A stretch of DNA of 43,329 nt from Methanobacteriota archaeon (GCA_029560215.1 JAKPZB010000091.1:1-43329); one strand, 5' to 3'. Shown: positions 1-9,838, numbered from the stretch's first letter. Numbers and translations are program-made. Notes: generated by a model not told the origin, from the sequence alone.

Positions 1-14
1 GCCCGAGGTGTCCC

Positions 15-212
15 TTGGGAAAGAAAGAGAAGATGGCCTCGGTGCTCCATCTGGTGGGAGGAAAGCCGGAGAACGTGGAGAAGATCGTGGACGAGATCGA
101 CATGTTCTTCGATACGTTGAACGCCGAGCTGGAGGACTGGAAGGTTTCCATGGAGGAGTTCCCGGACGGCACGCGCATCTATGCCCGCTTCCAGGTGCTG
201 GTCAGGAAGTAG
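15..212 (+). CDS. Small hypothetical protein (alpha-beta-beta type), paralog of 1723..1899
   Basis: TTG start preceded by GAGGTG (alternative ATG at 33). It shares the NAxxExWKxSxEExxxGxR pattern with 1723..1899. Confidence 0.75.
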   Translation: MGKKEKMASVLHLVGGKPENVEKIVDEIDMFFDTLNAELEDWKVSMEEFPDGTRIYARFQVLVRK

Positions 213-221
213 GTGCCCAAA

Positions 222-914
222 ATGCCCGAGGATGAGGAGGCTCCCCGCGAAAGGGTGCTGATGTGCGCGGCGGACTGGAAGGACCCCGAATGCCGCACGG
301 TCATCAGCGAGTTCCATAAGGAAGGCATCGACTCTGAGATACTGGACGTGGACCAGGACCTGCAGGGCTTCGAGAAGAAATGGGGCGACCAGGGTCCGGC
401 CAAGTTCCACAGCGAGTACCACAAGGAGGGAGCCCCGTACCTGGAGAAGGACGGCCTCAACGATTACCTCCCCTCCGGACCCGTGGAGCGCACCGGCCGT
501 TCGCCCAAGGACGCGGTCCTGGACCGAAAGCTTGACGCGGGCACGGTGGAGGTCATCACCTACGCCCTGTTCCGGGCCATCTTCGGTTACGGGGTGAACA
601 TACCCATCAAACGCCCGGGGGTGGTGGACATGGACGTCACCATCAAGGGCAAGGACATCAACATCAACACCAACGACTTCTACCTCAACGTCCCGGACCT
701 CATCGTCTGGAGGGTGGTGTACTCGCATCAGGGGACGCCGATCATGGAGTTCGGCCGGGGGGTGGACAAGGGCTTCAAGGTCCACCGTTGGCAGGCGCTC
801 AAATTGTTCCTGGCCCTGCGTTCCAGGTCCAAGAAGGCCACCAAGGCCCGCATGGCCGCGCGAAGGGCGGCCATGGAGGAGGCCGCCCGGGAGAAGGAGG
901 CCAGGGCGCGATGA
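222..914 (+). CDS. Hypothetical protein
   Basis: Long ORF with AGGTG RBS 6 nt before ATG 222 (alternative GTG 213). Its stop overlaps the next start (ATGA). It has a basic/helical C-terminus. Confidence 0.75.
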   Translation: MPEDEEAPRERVLMCAADWKDPECRTVISEFHKEGIDSEILDVDQDLQGFEKKWGDQGPAKFHSEYHKEGAPYLEKDGLNDYLPSGPVERTGRSPKDAVLDRKLDAGTVEVITYALFRAIFGYGVNIPIKRPGVVDMDVTIKGKDININTNDFYLNVPDLIVWRVVYSHQGTPIMEFGRGVDKGFKVHRWQALKLFLALRSRSKKATKARMAARRAAMEEAAREKEARAR

Positions 915-1726
915 CCCCGGTCCGCGACGACCAGATGGAGCATTTCCGGGACGTTCTCCGTTCCATCCACCTCATAATGGTCGAATCGTTCAAGTTGCGG
1001 CAGGTGAAGGTCACCCCGCTCGGTTCGGAGGGCTCCCGCCTTTCCATACCGATCAGGATCGACGGGGTGGACCGGACCGGCTCCCCGGTCCGTTATTTCG
1101 GCAAGATACTCGGCGGCAGCGACATCATGACCGAGAAGACCATCCAGTTCTTCAAGAACGTCTACCTGCAGATGGAGGGCCGTCCACCCCTGTTCAACTT
1201 CGACCGTTCGGCCAAGGAACTGGCGCTTCACCAGTATGAGACCATGGGCCAGGTGCACCGCCTGGGCATCCCCACCGCCAAGCCCCTGGGCACCTTCGCC
1301 TTGCCGGGAGGGATGTGGCTCTTCGTCGCCGAGTTCCTGGAGGCGGCGTCCTCCTCCACCAACAAGGTGAGCGAGGCGCAGCTGGACAAGGCTTTCGAGC
1401 ACCTTCGCCTGATGCACAGGAACGGCATATTCCACGGGGACATCAAGCCGGAGAACTTCCTGTTCGCCGACAAGGTTTACATCATGGACGTGGGCAACTT
1501 CCTGAGGGACGCTCCGGAAAAGGAGAAGCTGTCATACGATCTGGCATGCGCGCTGGCATCCTTCCTCGATCTGGCAACCCCGGAGAAACTGGTCAGGCTG
1601 GCTAAGGGCTACTACGGGGTTAGAGACATGAAGAGGGCGGCGGGCTATCTCGAACTGATCGGTCGCCGGCCGGATTTCCGGATGTCCGCTGAAAATATGA
1701 AAAGGTTGAAGGAGCTGATGTCCTAG
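911..1726 (+). CDS. Atypical protein kinase-like protein (RIO1/Bud32/Kdo-kinase superfamily)
   Basis: Catalytic loop HGDIKPEN, DFG-equivalent MDVG and beta3 Lys in YFGKI. The ATG at 911 is coupled to the upstream stop. Confidence 0.85.
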   Translation: MTPVRDDQMEHFRDVLRSIHLIMVESFKLRQVKVTPLGSEGSRLSIPIRIDGVDRTGSPVRYFGKILGGSDIMTEKTIQFFKNVYLQMEGRPPLFNFDRSAKELALHQYETMGQVHRLGIPTAKPLGTFALPGGMWLFVAEFLEAASSSTNKVSEAQLDKAFEHLRLMHRNGIFHGDIKPENFLFADKVYIMDVGNFLRDAPEKEKLSYDLACALASFLDLATPEKLVRLAKGYYGVRDMKRAAGYLELIGRRPDFRMSAENMKRLKELMS

Positions 1727-1899
1727 GAGGGCTCCTTCTTCTTGAGCAGGGCCTTGGCCGCGAACTCCACGCGTATGCCTTCCTTGGTCTCCTCGACCGA
1801 GAACTTCCATTGCTCGATGTTGGCGTTGTAGTCCTTGAACAGCTTCTTCAGTTCCTGGCCTTTCTCGTTGAGCACTACGGTAACGTCCTTCTCGGGCAT
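1723..1899 (-). CDS. Small hypothetical protein, paralog of 15..212
   Basis: 58 aa (MPEKDV...NANIEQWKFSVEETKEGIRVEF) with AGGTG upstream and typical codon usage. Confidence 0.75.
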   Translation of the reverse strand: MPEKDVTVVLNEKGQELKKLFKDYNANIEQWKFSVEETKEGIRVEFAAKALLKKKEPS

Positions 1900-1954
1900 G
1901 TGGGGCACACCTGTGGACGGAACTATGGCGGCCCGGGATAGATTAAGGTTTGGC

Positions 1955-3607
1955 TCAGACGTCCGGCCACAGTTCGGCGGCCATCTCCCGGAGCTTGACC
2001 TTCATGATCTTACCGCTAGCGGTCATGGGGTAATCGTCCACGAAGTGCACGTGCTTGGGGATCTTGTAGAAGGCGATCTGTCCGCGGCAGTGGTCCACGA
2101 TGTCCTCGACCGTCAGGTTCGCCCCCGGCCTCAGCTTGACGAAGGCCGCGGGAAGCTCGCCGTACTTGGCCGACGGCAGACCGACCACCTGGACGTCCGC
2201 CACGCCTTCTATGTGGTGTATGAAGTCCTCCACCTCCTTGGGGTAGATGTTCTCCCCGCCGCGGATGATCATGTCCTTGAGGCGCCCGGTGACCGCGTAG
2301 TAACCGTCCTCGTCCTCCATTCCGATGTCCCCGGAGTGCAGCCAGCCGTCCTTGTCGATGGCCTTGGCGGTCTCCGCGGGCATCTTGTAGTAGCCTTTCA
2401 TCACGTTGTGGCCGCGGCAGCACAGCTCGCCGTGCTTTCCCGGCCCAAGATGCTCTCCGGTTTCGGGATCTATGATCGCCACCTCGATGCCCGGGAACGC
2501 CTTTCCCACGGTGGAACATTTCTTGGCCAGGCTCTTTTCGTCGTAACGCGTCTGGGTCATGGCCGGGCTCGACTCGGTGAGGCCGAAGACGATGGTCACT
2601 TCGCGCATGTTCATGCGTTCCACGCACTCCTCCATGGTCTTCACCGGGCAGGGTGAGCCGGCCATTATGCCGGTGCGCAGGGTGGAGAAGTCGAACTTGT
2701 CGAACAGCCTGTGCTCCAGGATGCTGATGAACATGGTCGGTACGCCGTACAGGGCGGTGCAGCGCTCCCTCTCCACGGACATCATGACGTTCACCGGGTC
2801 GTACTTCTCCAGTATGACCATGGTGGAGGCGTGGTTGAGACAGGCCATGACCGCCAGCACGCAGCCGAAGCAGTGGAAGAGCGGAACCGGTATGCATACC
2901 CGGTCGGCGGGGGTGAAGTTCTCGTTCACCCCCACCCAGTAGCCGTTGTTGGTGATGTTGAAATGGGTGAGCATGACCCCTTTGGGGAAGCCGGTGGTCC
3001 CCGAGGTGTACTGCATGTTGACGACGTCGTGGGTGGATAGTTCGCCTTGCCTCTGGAGGTACTCCTCATCGCTCACCGCCACGCTCATGGCCAGGAGCTC
3101 GTTCCAGGAGTACATGCCCCGGTGCTTCTCCGGGCCCAGGAAGAGCACGCGCTTGAGGTGCGGGTAGTTGTTCGAACGAAGCTGCCCCCGGGGCTGCTCC
3201 TTGAGCTCGGGTATCAGCTCATATAGCGTTTTCACGTAGTCAGTGTCCCGGTAACCGTCGATCGCGAAGATGTTCTCGCAGTCCGATTGCTTTAGCAGGT
3301 AGTCGATCTCCGCGTTGCGGTAGTTGATGTTGATCGTCAGCAGTATGGCCCCGATCTTCGCGGTGGCGAACTGCAGGGTCACCCAGTGAGGGACGTTCGT
3401 CGCCCAAACCGCCACCTTTTCCCCCTTCTTGAGGCCCAGGGCCATGAGACCCTTGGCCGCCTTATCGACCGTATCCCGGAACTCCCTCCAGGTCTGCCGG
3501 TAGTCCCGGTCGGCGTAGACCACCGCGTCGTTGTCCGGAACCCTATCCACGGCCTCGTCCAGCAGCTGGCCGATGGTGGCCTCCCGGGTGATGTTCTCCC
3601 TCGGCAT
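1955..3607 (-). CDS. AMP-forming acyl-CoA synthetase (AMP-binding enzyme)
   Basis: AMP-binding signature YTSGTTGFPKG, plus GLTESSP, HSGDIG, GRLKDMIIRGGENIYP and TASGKI. Confidence 0.93.
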   Translation of the reverse strand: MPRENITREATIGQLLDEAVDRVPDNDAVVYADRDYRQTWREFRDTVDKAAKGLMALGLKKGEKVAVWATNVPHWVTLQFATAKIGAILLTININYRNAEIDYLLKQSDCENIFAIDGYRDTDYVKTLYELIPELKEQPRGQLRSNNYPHLKRVLFLGPEKHRGMYSWNELLAMSVAVSDEEYLQRQGELSTHDVVNMQYTSGTTGFPKGVMLTHFNITNNGYWVGVNENFTPADRVCIPVPLFHCFGCVLAVMACLNHASTMVILEKYDPVNVMMSVERERCTALYGVPTMFISILEHRLFDKFDFSTLRTGIMAGSPCPVKTMEECVERMNMREVTIVFGLTESSPAMTQTRYDEKSLAKKCSTVGKAFPGIEVAIIDPETGEHLGPGKHGELCCRGHNVMKGYYKMPAETAKAIDKDGWLHSGDIGMEDEDGYYAVTGRLKDMIIRGGENIYPKEVEDFIHHIEGVADVQVVGLPSAKYGELPAAFVKLRPGANLTVEDIVDHCRGQIAFYKIPKHVHFVDDYPMTASGKIMKVKLREMAAELWPDV

Positions 3608-3616
3608 CGGCTCACC

Positions 3617-4180
3617 TCAGATGGGGGTATAGATCACGGCGAAAATCTCCGCCGCCTCCCCGTTCGCCGCGCCCAGGTGGTGAGGCACCACGGAATTGTA
3701 GTGCATGGAGTCGCCCTCTTGCAGGTAGAACCTCTCCTTCCCGTACACCAATTCCACCTCGCCCTTGACCACGATGACGAACTCCTCGCCTTCGTGGGAG
3801 GAGGTGCAGGTGTCGTCGCAAGGCTGCACCACTATGTACAGCGGCTCCATGTGACGGTCGGTCTTGCCCTTGGCCAGGGGATAGTAGTGGTACTTGCCGA
3901 CCGCCCCCTCCTTGTGGGCGGCGGTCTCCTCGGTCCGGTCCTTGTAACGGGTGATGACCGGGTCCGGGCGGACCTGGTCGTCCATGAAGGTGCCCAGTCT
4001 CTGCCCCAGCGCCCTGGAGAGCTTGACCAGCACGCCCAGGGGCGGATAGACCTCCCCCGCCTCGGCCTTACGCACCAAACTGGCCTCCACGCCGGCGTTC
4101 TTGGCCAGGTCCTCCACGCTCATGTTCAATCTCTCGCGATAGGCGCTTATCCGCGTACCAAGTTTGTCAGGAGTGGTCAA
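3617..4180 (-). CDS. XRE-family HTH + cupin transcriptional regulator
   Basis: N-terminal HTH (RERLNMSVEDLAK...PPLGVLVKLSRALG) and cupin motifs HEGEEF and GDSMHYNSVVPH. TTG start after GGAGG. Confidence 0.9.
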   Translation of the reverse strand: MTTPDKLGTRISAYRERLNMSVEDLAKNAGVEASLVRKAEAGEVYPPLGVLVKLSRALGQRLGTFMDDQVRPDPVITRYKDRTEETAAHKEGAVGKYHYYPLAKGKTDRHMEPLYIVVQPCDDTCTSSHEGEEFVIVVKGEVELVYGKERFYLQEGDSMHYNSVVPHHLGAANGEAAEIFAVIYTPI

Positions 4181-4320
4181 TCGGTCATCCTCCGGTCAGC
4201 CAGGCATCAGGCCCAGGTCCGTAATGTCCTAACCTAAACCGCTGGACGTTTAAGAAACTTACTTAATGTGGTCATTTGACCAACGTAATAAGAAAAAATG
4301 AGCAGAGTGCTTGAGCACTC

Positions 4321-5718
4321 TCATAAATTGTTCTTCGCCCAATCGAAAGCCGCCTGGAACACCTTCCGGTTCCTCTCCACCAGGGCCGGCTTGGCCGCGA
4401 AGCTGGCGTCGAGCGCCGCGAGCACCTTCTCCAAGGGAAGGCCGTGCAGATCCAGGGCCGTCAGCGCGACGAGCAGCGCGGTATTGGCCGCCTTGGGCGT
4501 TCCCGCCTCCGCCGCGATCCGGGCGGCGGGGAAGGCCATCACCCTCACCCCTTCCCGGGCCTTCGGCTCCGGCAGGGAGGCCTCGTGGATCACGACGCCT
4601 CCGGCGGGCACGGTCGCGGCGAACTTCTCCGCCGCCTGCTGGCTCATGGCCACCAGGACGTCCGGCGAGTCGACCGCGGGCGATCCCACCTCCTTTCCGC
4701 TGACCACCACCGAGCAGGAGGCGTAACCGCCCCTCTGTTCCGGCCCGTAGCTGGGGAGCCAGGATACGAAGCGGCCGGATGCTCCGGCGGCCTCCGCCAC
4801 CACCAATCCCAGCGATAGCACGCCCTGGCCTCCAAAACCGGAGAACTTGAACCGGCGCTCCTTGAAACCCGGATCGACCTTGGCCGCGGGGCCTTCGTGC
4901 CCCTTGCCCAACAGCTCCTCGATGGTCGATCGGGGGACGGGGTTCGCCACCGGCGCCGGCTCGGCGGAGCGGTCCCGGAAGTTGCCCAACGGGAACACCT
5001 TCTCCATCTGATCGTTGACGAACCGGGCGGAGGCGACAGGGTCCATGCGCCAGTTGGTCGGGCAGGGGGAGAGGAACTCCACGAAGGCGTACCCTTTGCC
5101 GTCCCTTTGGATCTCCAGGGCCTTGCGCATCGCCTTCTTGGCCTGCATGATGCGCTTGGTGTCGGAAACGGAAACCCGCTCGATGAACATCGGGGCGTCC
5201 AATTGGTTCAGCATCTCGCACACCTTCAGCGGATAACCTTCCTTGACCGGATCGCGGCCGAAGGGCGTGGTGGTGGTTCTCTGGCCGAGCATGGTGGTCG
5301 GGGCCATCTGCCCGCCGGTCATGGCGTATATGGAATTGTTCACGAAGAAGCAGGCGAAATGCTCACCGCGGTTCGCCGCCTGGAAGGCGTTGTTGAAACC
5401 GATCGCTCCCAGATCGCCATCTCCCTGATAGGATATGACCACCTTTCCCGGTAGGGCGCGCGAAACGCCGGTGGCCACCGCGGACGCCCGTCCGTGCGGC
5501 CCGGCCACGTTCCCGCAGTCGAAGTAGTGGAAGCAGAAGGCCGCGCATCCCACCGGCGAAACGAAGACGGTGCGGTCCTGGATGCCCAGCTCGGCCATGG
5601 CCTCCCCGATGAGCTTGTGGATGATCCCGTGGCCGCAGCCGGGGCAGTAATGCGTGGCCTTCGTACCGGGTTCCTTCCGGTCGAAGGTCTCGTAGAATCC
5701 CTTGGCCTTCCGGATCAT
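4321..5718 (-). CDS. vorA: 2-oxoacid (ketoisovalerate):ferredoxin oxidoreductase, beta-gamma fusion subunit
   Basis: YCPGCGH and TPP motif GDGD...NN, then the gamma domain ([15 protein letters not shown]). Confidence 0.88.
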   Translation of the reverse strand: MIRKAKGFYETFDRKEPGTKATHYCPGCGHGIIHKLIGEAMAELGIQDRTVFVSPVGCAAFCFHYFDCGNVAGPHGRASAVATGVSRALPGKVVISYQGDGDLGAIGFNNAFQAANRGEHFACFFVNNSIYAMTGGQMAPTTMLGQRTTTTPFGRDPVKEGYPLKVCEMLNQLDAPMFIERVSVSDTKRIMQAKKAMRKALEIQRDGKGYAFVEFLSPCPTNWRMDPVASARFVNDQMEKVFPLGNFRDRSAEPAPVANPVPRSTIEELLGKGHEGPAAKVDPGFKERRFKFSGFGGQGVLSLGLVVAEAAGASGRFVSWLPSYGPEQRGGYASCSVVVSGKEVGSPAVDSPDVLVAMSQQAAEKFAATVPAGGVVIHEASLPEPKAREGVRVMAFPAARIAAEAGTPKAANTALLVALTALDLHGLPLEKVLAALDASFAAKPALVERNRKVFQAAFDWAKNNL

Positions 5719-6770
5719 GCCCTCGCCTCCAGCATCTCGCGGGCTCGAAGCACCACGTCCTCCACCGTCATCATGTTCCCGCCCATTCGGTTGATGAGTT
5801 CGACATCGCAGTCGATCTTGCGGTCCAGATGCAATAGCACATCGTCCCGGTACTGCCCGTTGCTTAGCTCCACCGCCAGCAGCTTCCCGGCCTTGGCCGC
5901 CTTGTTGAGCGCCTTCGCCGGGAACGGGAACAGGGTGAGCGGATGGAACAGTCCGGCCTTCACGTTTTGGGACCTCAGCTCGTCCACGGCGGAGCGGGCT
6001 ATCCGGGAGCAGGTCCCGTATCCGGTCAGCACGATCTCCGCGTCGCCGGTCTTATAAGATTCGGAGAGGGCGTCGGCCTCCATCGAGGCGTACTTTTCCT
6101 GCAGCATCCAGTTATGCCGCTCCTGCAGCTCGTTGTCCAGGTATATCGACGACACCAGGTTCCCGCGGGTGTCGGCGTCCCCATGCACCGCCCAGGAGGA
6201 GGTTTCCGGACGGGGCGATTCCATTTTCGGAAGTTGCAGGAACTCCATCATCTGGCCGAGAACGGCGTCCGCCAGTACCACGACCGGATTGCGGTACTTG
6301 AAGGCCATCTCGAAGGCCTTGATGGTCAGGTCGCACATCTCCTGGACGGAGGCGGGGGCCAGCACGATGTTGTGGAAGTTGCCGTGACCGCCGCCCTTCA
6401 CCGCCTGATTGTAATCGCCCTGCTCCGGGCCGATATTGCCCAGGCCGGGTCCCACCCGCTGAACGTTGACGATGACCGCCGGGAGCTGCGCCCCGGCCAG
6501 GTAGGACAGGCCTTCCTGCATGAGCGATATCCCGGGTCCGGAGGAGGCGGTCATGGCCAGCTTACCGGCCGAGGCCGCCCCGAAGATCATGTTGATGGTG
6601 CCGGTCTCACACTCCGCCTGGAGGTGCTCCCTTCCCAGCTGCGGGAAGTACTCCGCCACGGCGTGCGCGATATCGCTCGCCGGTGTGATCGGATAGCCGA
6701 AATAGGTGTCGCATCCCGCGTAGACGGCGCCGATGGCCACCGCCTCGTTGCCCTTGACGAACTTCCTCAT
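5715..6770 (-). CDS. vorB: 2-oxoacid (ketoisovalerate):ferredoxin oxidoreductase alpha subunit
   Basis: Motifs [25 protein letters not shown] and RVGPGLG. Translationally coupled to its neighbours. Confidence 0.9.
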   Translation of the reverse strand: MRKFVKGNEAVAIGAVYAGCDTYFGYPITPASDIAHAVAEYFPQLGREHLQAECETGTINMIFGAASAGKLAMTASSGPGISLMQEGLSYLAGAQLPAVIVNVQRVGPGLGNIGPEQGDYNQAVKGGGHGNFHNIVLAPASVQEMCDLTIKAFEMAFKYRNPVVVLADAVLGQMMEFLQLPKMESPRPETSSWAVHGDADTRGNLVSSIYLDNELQERHNWMLQEKYASMEADALSESYKTGDAEIVLTGYGTCSRIARSAVDELRSQNVKAGLFHPLTLFPFPAKALNKAAKAGKLLAVELSNGQYRDDVLLHLDRKIDCDVELINRMGGNMMTVEDVVLRAREMLEARA

Positions 6771-7003
6771 TGCCCATCCCTCCCATCGTCCACCTGTACC
6801 GCATAAGGTTCTGGGCAGTTATAGAAGCAGGCGGCGCAGCCGATACATCCCTCACCAACGTATTCGACGGCATTGTAGCCGCGGCGGTTGACGCGGCCGG
6901 AGAGGCGCAATACCTTCTTGGGGCAGGCGGCCACGCAGCGGCCGCAACCCTTGCACTCGTTCTCGTCGATGATGGGGCGGGAGATCCTCTTCTCGGTGCT
7001 CAT
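6767..7003 (-). CDS. vorC: 2x[4Fe-4S] ferredoxin (delta) subunit of the oxidoreductase
   Basis: Two CxxCxxCxxxCP motifs. First gene of the vor operon. Confidence 0.88.
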   Translation of the reverse strand: MSTEKRISRPIIDENECKGCGRCVAACPKKVLRLSGRVNRRGYNAVEYVGEGCIGCAACFYNCPEPYAVQVDDGRDGQ

Positions 7004-7067
7004 CGCCTATCTGGATAGAGGGTCGGTACTTAAAGTTACTTCAACCTGCTTCGTCGGTGCGCCTGGC

Positions 7068-7871
7068 TCAGGTGCTACCGTATTTCCGCACGTGTTCCCA
7101 GGCCTCATAGAGGTCCGGGTCCTTGTCCGGTCCGTCGTACAGTCCCATGTCCTTTCGCTGGAACAACTTGCGGTCCTCGCCCACCGGACAGACCTTGATG
7201 CATATGCCGCAGGGGGAGCGATACCTCTTCTTCAGTTCGATGCTCCGCTTGGAACACTTGACCTTGTCTATGGACGCCCGCGGATAATCGATATCGCCGA
7301 TGGCTTGCACCGGGCAGGCCTTGATGCAGCGGTGGCAGCGAACGCACAGCGACCTTTCCATGGGCTTTCCGGGCGGAATGTCGGCCGTGGTGAAGACGGA
7401 TACGAAGCGCACCCTGGGCCCAAACTCCTTGGTGAGCAGCATGTTGTTCAGGCCGAAGGTCCCCAGCCCTGCCAGGTAAGCGGCGTGGCGGTGGGAGAAG
7501 AATGCATAGGGATTATCGACCAGCACCTCCACCGATCCGTAGCCGTCCCTGGGGACGTACACCGAGGCGTGGCCCAGGCTGTTCAGCAGCTCCGAGAGCT
7601 GATAGGCCCTCTCATCCAGCTGGGTGTTGAGGTTCGTGTACAGCTCCTTGTACCAGATAGAGGGGGAGGTCTCCAGGATCGGAAGCGTGACTGGAAGCCC
7701 CAGGACCACCACGGTGCGGCATCCCGGGAATATCGCCTTGGGGCTGAACTCCTGGGGTGGGAAAGGTCCGAACGGCGGGTCGTCCCAACTGTCGGCGGAG
7801 GCGAAACCGACCATCTCGACCCCCCATTCTCGGCAGCGGTCCATTATCTTCCGGCGCAGGTCGGCGCTCAT
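7068..7871 (-). CDS. Epoxyqueuosine reductase (QueG)/reductive-dehalogenase-like 4Fe-4S protein
   Basis: SHRHAAYLAGLGTFGLNN and GPRVRF motifs, with Fe-S motifs CVRCHRCIKACP and CGICIKVCP. Confidence 0.85.
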   Translation of the reverse strand: MSADLRRKIMDRCREWGVEMVGFASADSWDDPPFGPFPPQEFSPKAIFPGCRTVVVLGLPVTLPILETSPSIWYKELYTNLNTQLDERAYQLSELLNSLGHASVYVPRDGYGSVEVLVDNPYAFFSHRHAAYLAGLGTFGLNNMLLTKEFGPRVRFVSVFTTADIPPGKPMERSLCVRCHRCIKACPVQAIGDIDYPRASIDKVKCSKRSIELKKRYRSPCGICIKVCPVGEDRKLFQRKDMGLYDGPDKDPDLYEAWEHVRKYGST

Positions 7872-7916
7872 GCCCAATGGAACGCCGTGGAAAATAGAAA
7901 TAGATGCCCCTTCGCC

Positions 7917-8909
7917 TCAGCTCAAACGCTCGGCCACCCGCTCCGCGAACTCCATGGTACCAAGCGTACCGCCGAGGTCCCGGGTCCGGTCCCCCTCGGT
8001 CAAGGTCTGCACCAGGGCGGACTGCAGCCGGCTGGCGGCGTCCATCTTCTTCAGGAACTCCAGCATCAGGCAGGCCGACAGTATCGTGGCCGAGGGGTTG
8101 GCGATCCCCCTGCCGGCGATGTCCGGGGCGCTGCCGTGAACCGGTTCGAAAAGTCCGAAGTGATCGCTCAGGTTGGCGGAAGGGGCCATCCCCAATCCTC
8201 CGGTCAGGGCGGCCGCCTCGTCCGAGAGGATGTCGCCGTAAAGGTTCAAGGTCACTATGCACTGGAACTGCTTGGGCTTGGAGATCATCGCCGCGGCCAC
8301 CGCGTCCACGATCATATCGTCGGCCTCCATCCCGCTGCCGCTCATCACCTCGTAGAACACCTTTCGGAACAGGCCGTCCGATTTCCTCAGGACGTTGGCC
8401 TTGTGCACGCAGGTGATCTTGTTGAAGCCCATGACCCTGGAGACCTTGATGGCCTTCTCCACGATCCGGCGGCAGCCCTTCTCGCTGACCACCCGTTCGA
8501 GGACGACCGCGCCCTCCTCCTCCCGCTCGCGGCCGGTGTACATCCCCTCGGTGTTCTCCCGGACGATCACCGCGTTCAGGTCTACCACCTTGAACTCCGG
8601 GAGTATGGGGAAGCAGGGGCGGATGTTGGCGTAGAGGTCGAAATGCTTGCGCAGCTGCAGCAGCGGCGATCGGTAGCAGGGGTCCGGCGTGACCGGCGAA
8701 GTGATGGCCCCGAACAGCACGGCCTTGGAGGATTCCAGGGTCCGGAGGGTCTGCGCCGGGAGGTACTCGCCCGTCCTCTCGAAGCAGTTCAGCCCCATGT
8801 GCGCCTTCACGAACTCCAGGTCCAGGTCCATCTGTTCCAGGATGTGCATGGTGGCGCCCACCACCTCGGGGCCGATCCCGTCCCCGCCCATCACCGCCAC
8901 TCTGGTCAT
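7917..8909 (-). CDS. aksF: Isocitrate/isopropylmalate dehydrogenase family protein, homoisocitrate dehydrogenase (AksF)-like
   Basis: Family motifs GDGIGPEV, RENTEG, HKANV, NLYGDILSD and EPVHGSAPDIAG. The substrate loop FGAITSP...YRSP resembles the AksF/Lys12 type rather than LeuB. Confidence 0.8.
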   Translation of the reverse strand: MTRVAVMGGDGIGPEVVGATMHILEQMDLDLEFVKAHMGLNCFERTGEYLPAQTLRTLESSKAVLFGAITSPVTPDPCYRSPLLQLRKHFDLYANIRPCFPILPEFKVVDLNAVIVRENTEGMYTGREREEEGAVVLERVVSEKGCRRIVEKAIKVSRVMGFNKITCVHKANVLRKSDGLFRKVFYEVMSGSGMEADDMIVDAVAAAMISKPKQFQCIVTLNLYGDILSDEAAALTGGLGMAPSANLSDHFGLFEPVHGSAPDIAGRGIANPSATILSACLMLEFLKKMDAASRLQSALVQTLTEGDRTRDLGGTLGTMEFAERVAERLS

Positions 8910-9838
8910 TTCATCCGCTCGATTATGGAAGCCACCAATATGGGAAGGGTGATGGTGGCGTCGCCCTCCACGTTCACCTGCCAGGCGTCCTCACGCACCT
9001 TGCCCCAGGATATGGCCTCGCGAACCTGTGCTCCGCTGAGCGATCCGTCGTACTCCACCGCGGTGGTCATGTACACCGCGTAATCCAATCCGCCCCGGAA
9101 CTGGTTCCACCAGATCACGTGGTGCTTCGAGATGCCTCCGCCCACGATGAGGGCGCCGCTCGCCTCGGCCCGGAAGACCAGGCCGGAAAGCTCCTGCTCG
9201 TCCCCGAAAAGGTCGATCTTCAGGTCGCGGTGGGTCTGCCAGTACATCCAGAGCTGGCTTCCGAAGGACCCGTCGGTTATTCCCGGAACGAATATCGGGA
9301 TTCCGTTCCGGTGGGCCCAGTATAGCAAGGAATCCTCGTTGTCCAGGCGGGCGCCCACCTGGTCGATGATCTCCCGGGTGGAGATGGCGGTCCTTCCGGC
9401 CAATATCTCCTCGAACATCGGGATAAGCTTCTCCTCCAGCACCAGCCCGTAGCTCTCGTCCGGGACCAGAACGTTGCCCAGACGGTTCACTCCCTCCTCG
9501 CGCAGCTCAGCATCGTCCATGGCGAAGTCGCCGTGATAGTAATCCTTCCAGGAGCGGGCGAGGTCGTGGTCCAGGGTGCCGCAGGTGGTTATCACCACGT
9601 CCACCAGCTTCCGCCTGACCAGTTCGACGATGACCCCCCTGGTCCCAGTGGCCATGATGCAGGCCGGGAAGGACAGGAAGGTGAGGCACTTCTCATCCTT
9701 CACCATCTTCTCCACGATGTCTATGGCGTCCGCCAGCTTCTTGGCGGTAAAACCGCCGGAATCGGACATGGCCCGGACCAATTGATCGACGGTCATGCCC
9801 TCGGCGACCTTGATGTCGCGTACCGCTCTTTCTTCCAT
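8906..9838 (-). CDS. dys: Deoxyhypusine synthase
   Basis: Motifs PGITDGSFG, GGGISKHH and YDGSLSGA...EAISWGK. ATG 9838 follows GGAGG. Confidence 0.93.
   Translation of the reverse strand: MEERAVRDIKVAEGMTVDQLVRAMSDSGGFTAKKLADAIDIVEKMVKDEKCLTFLSFPACIMATGTRGVIVELVRRKLVDVVITTCGTLDHDLARSWKDYYHGDFAMDDAELREEGVNRLGNVLVPDESYGLVLEEKLIPMFEEILAGRTAISTREIIDQVGARLDNEDSLLYWAHRNGIPIFVPGITDGSFGSQLWMYWQTHRDLKIDLFGDEQELSGLVFRAEASGALIVGGGISKHHVIWWNQFRGGLDYAVYMTTAVEYDGSLSGAQVREAISWGKVREDAWQVNVEGDATITLPILVASIIERMK

Noticed and set aside
6888-9083. 731-aa plus-strand ORF and many other long alternative-frame ORFs (e.g. 33122..34537, 36167..37519, 30626..32170, 41553..43262)
   Set aside because: These are antisense or off-frame shadows of well-supported genes. 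They are expected at high GC3 and show no motifs.
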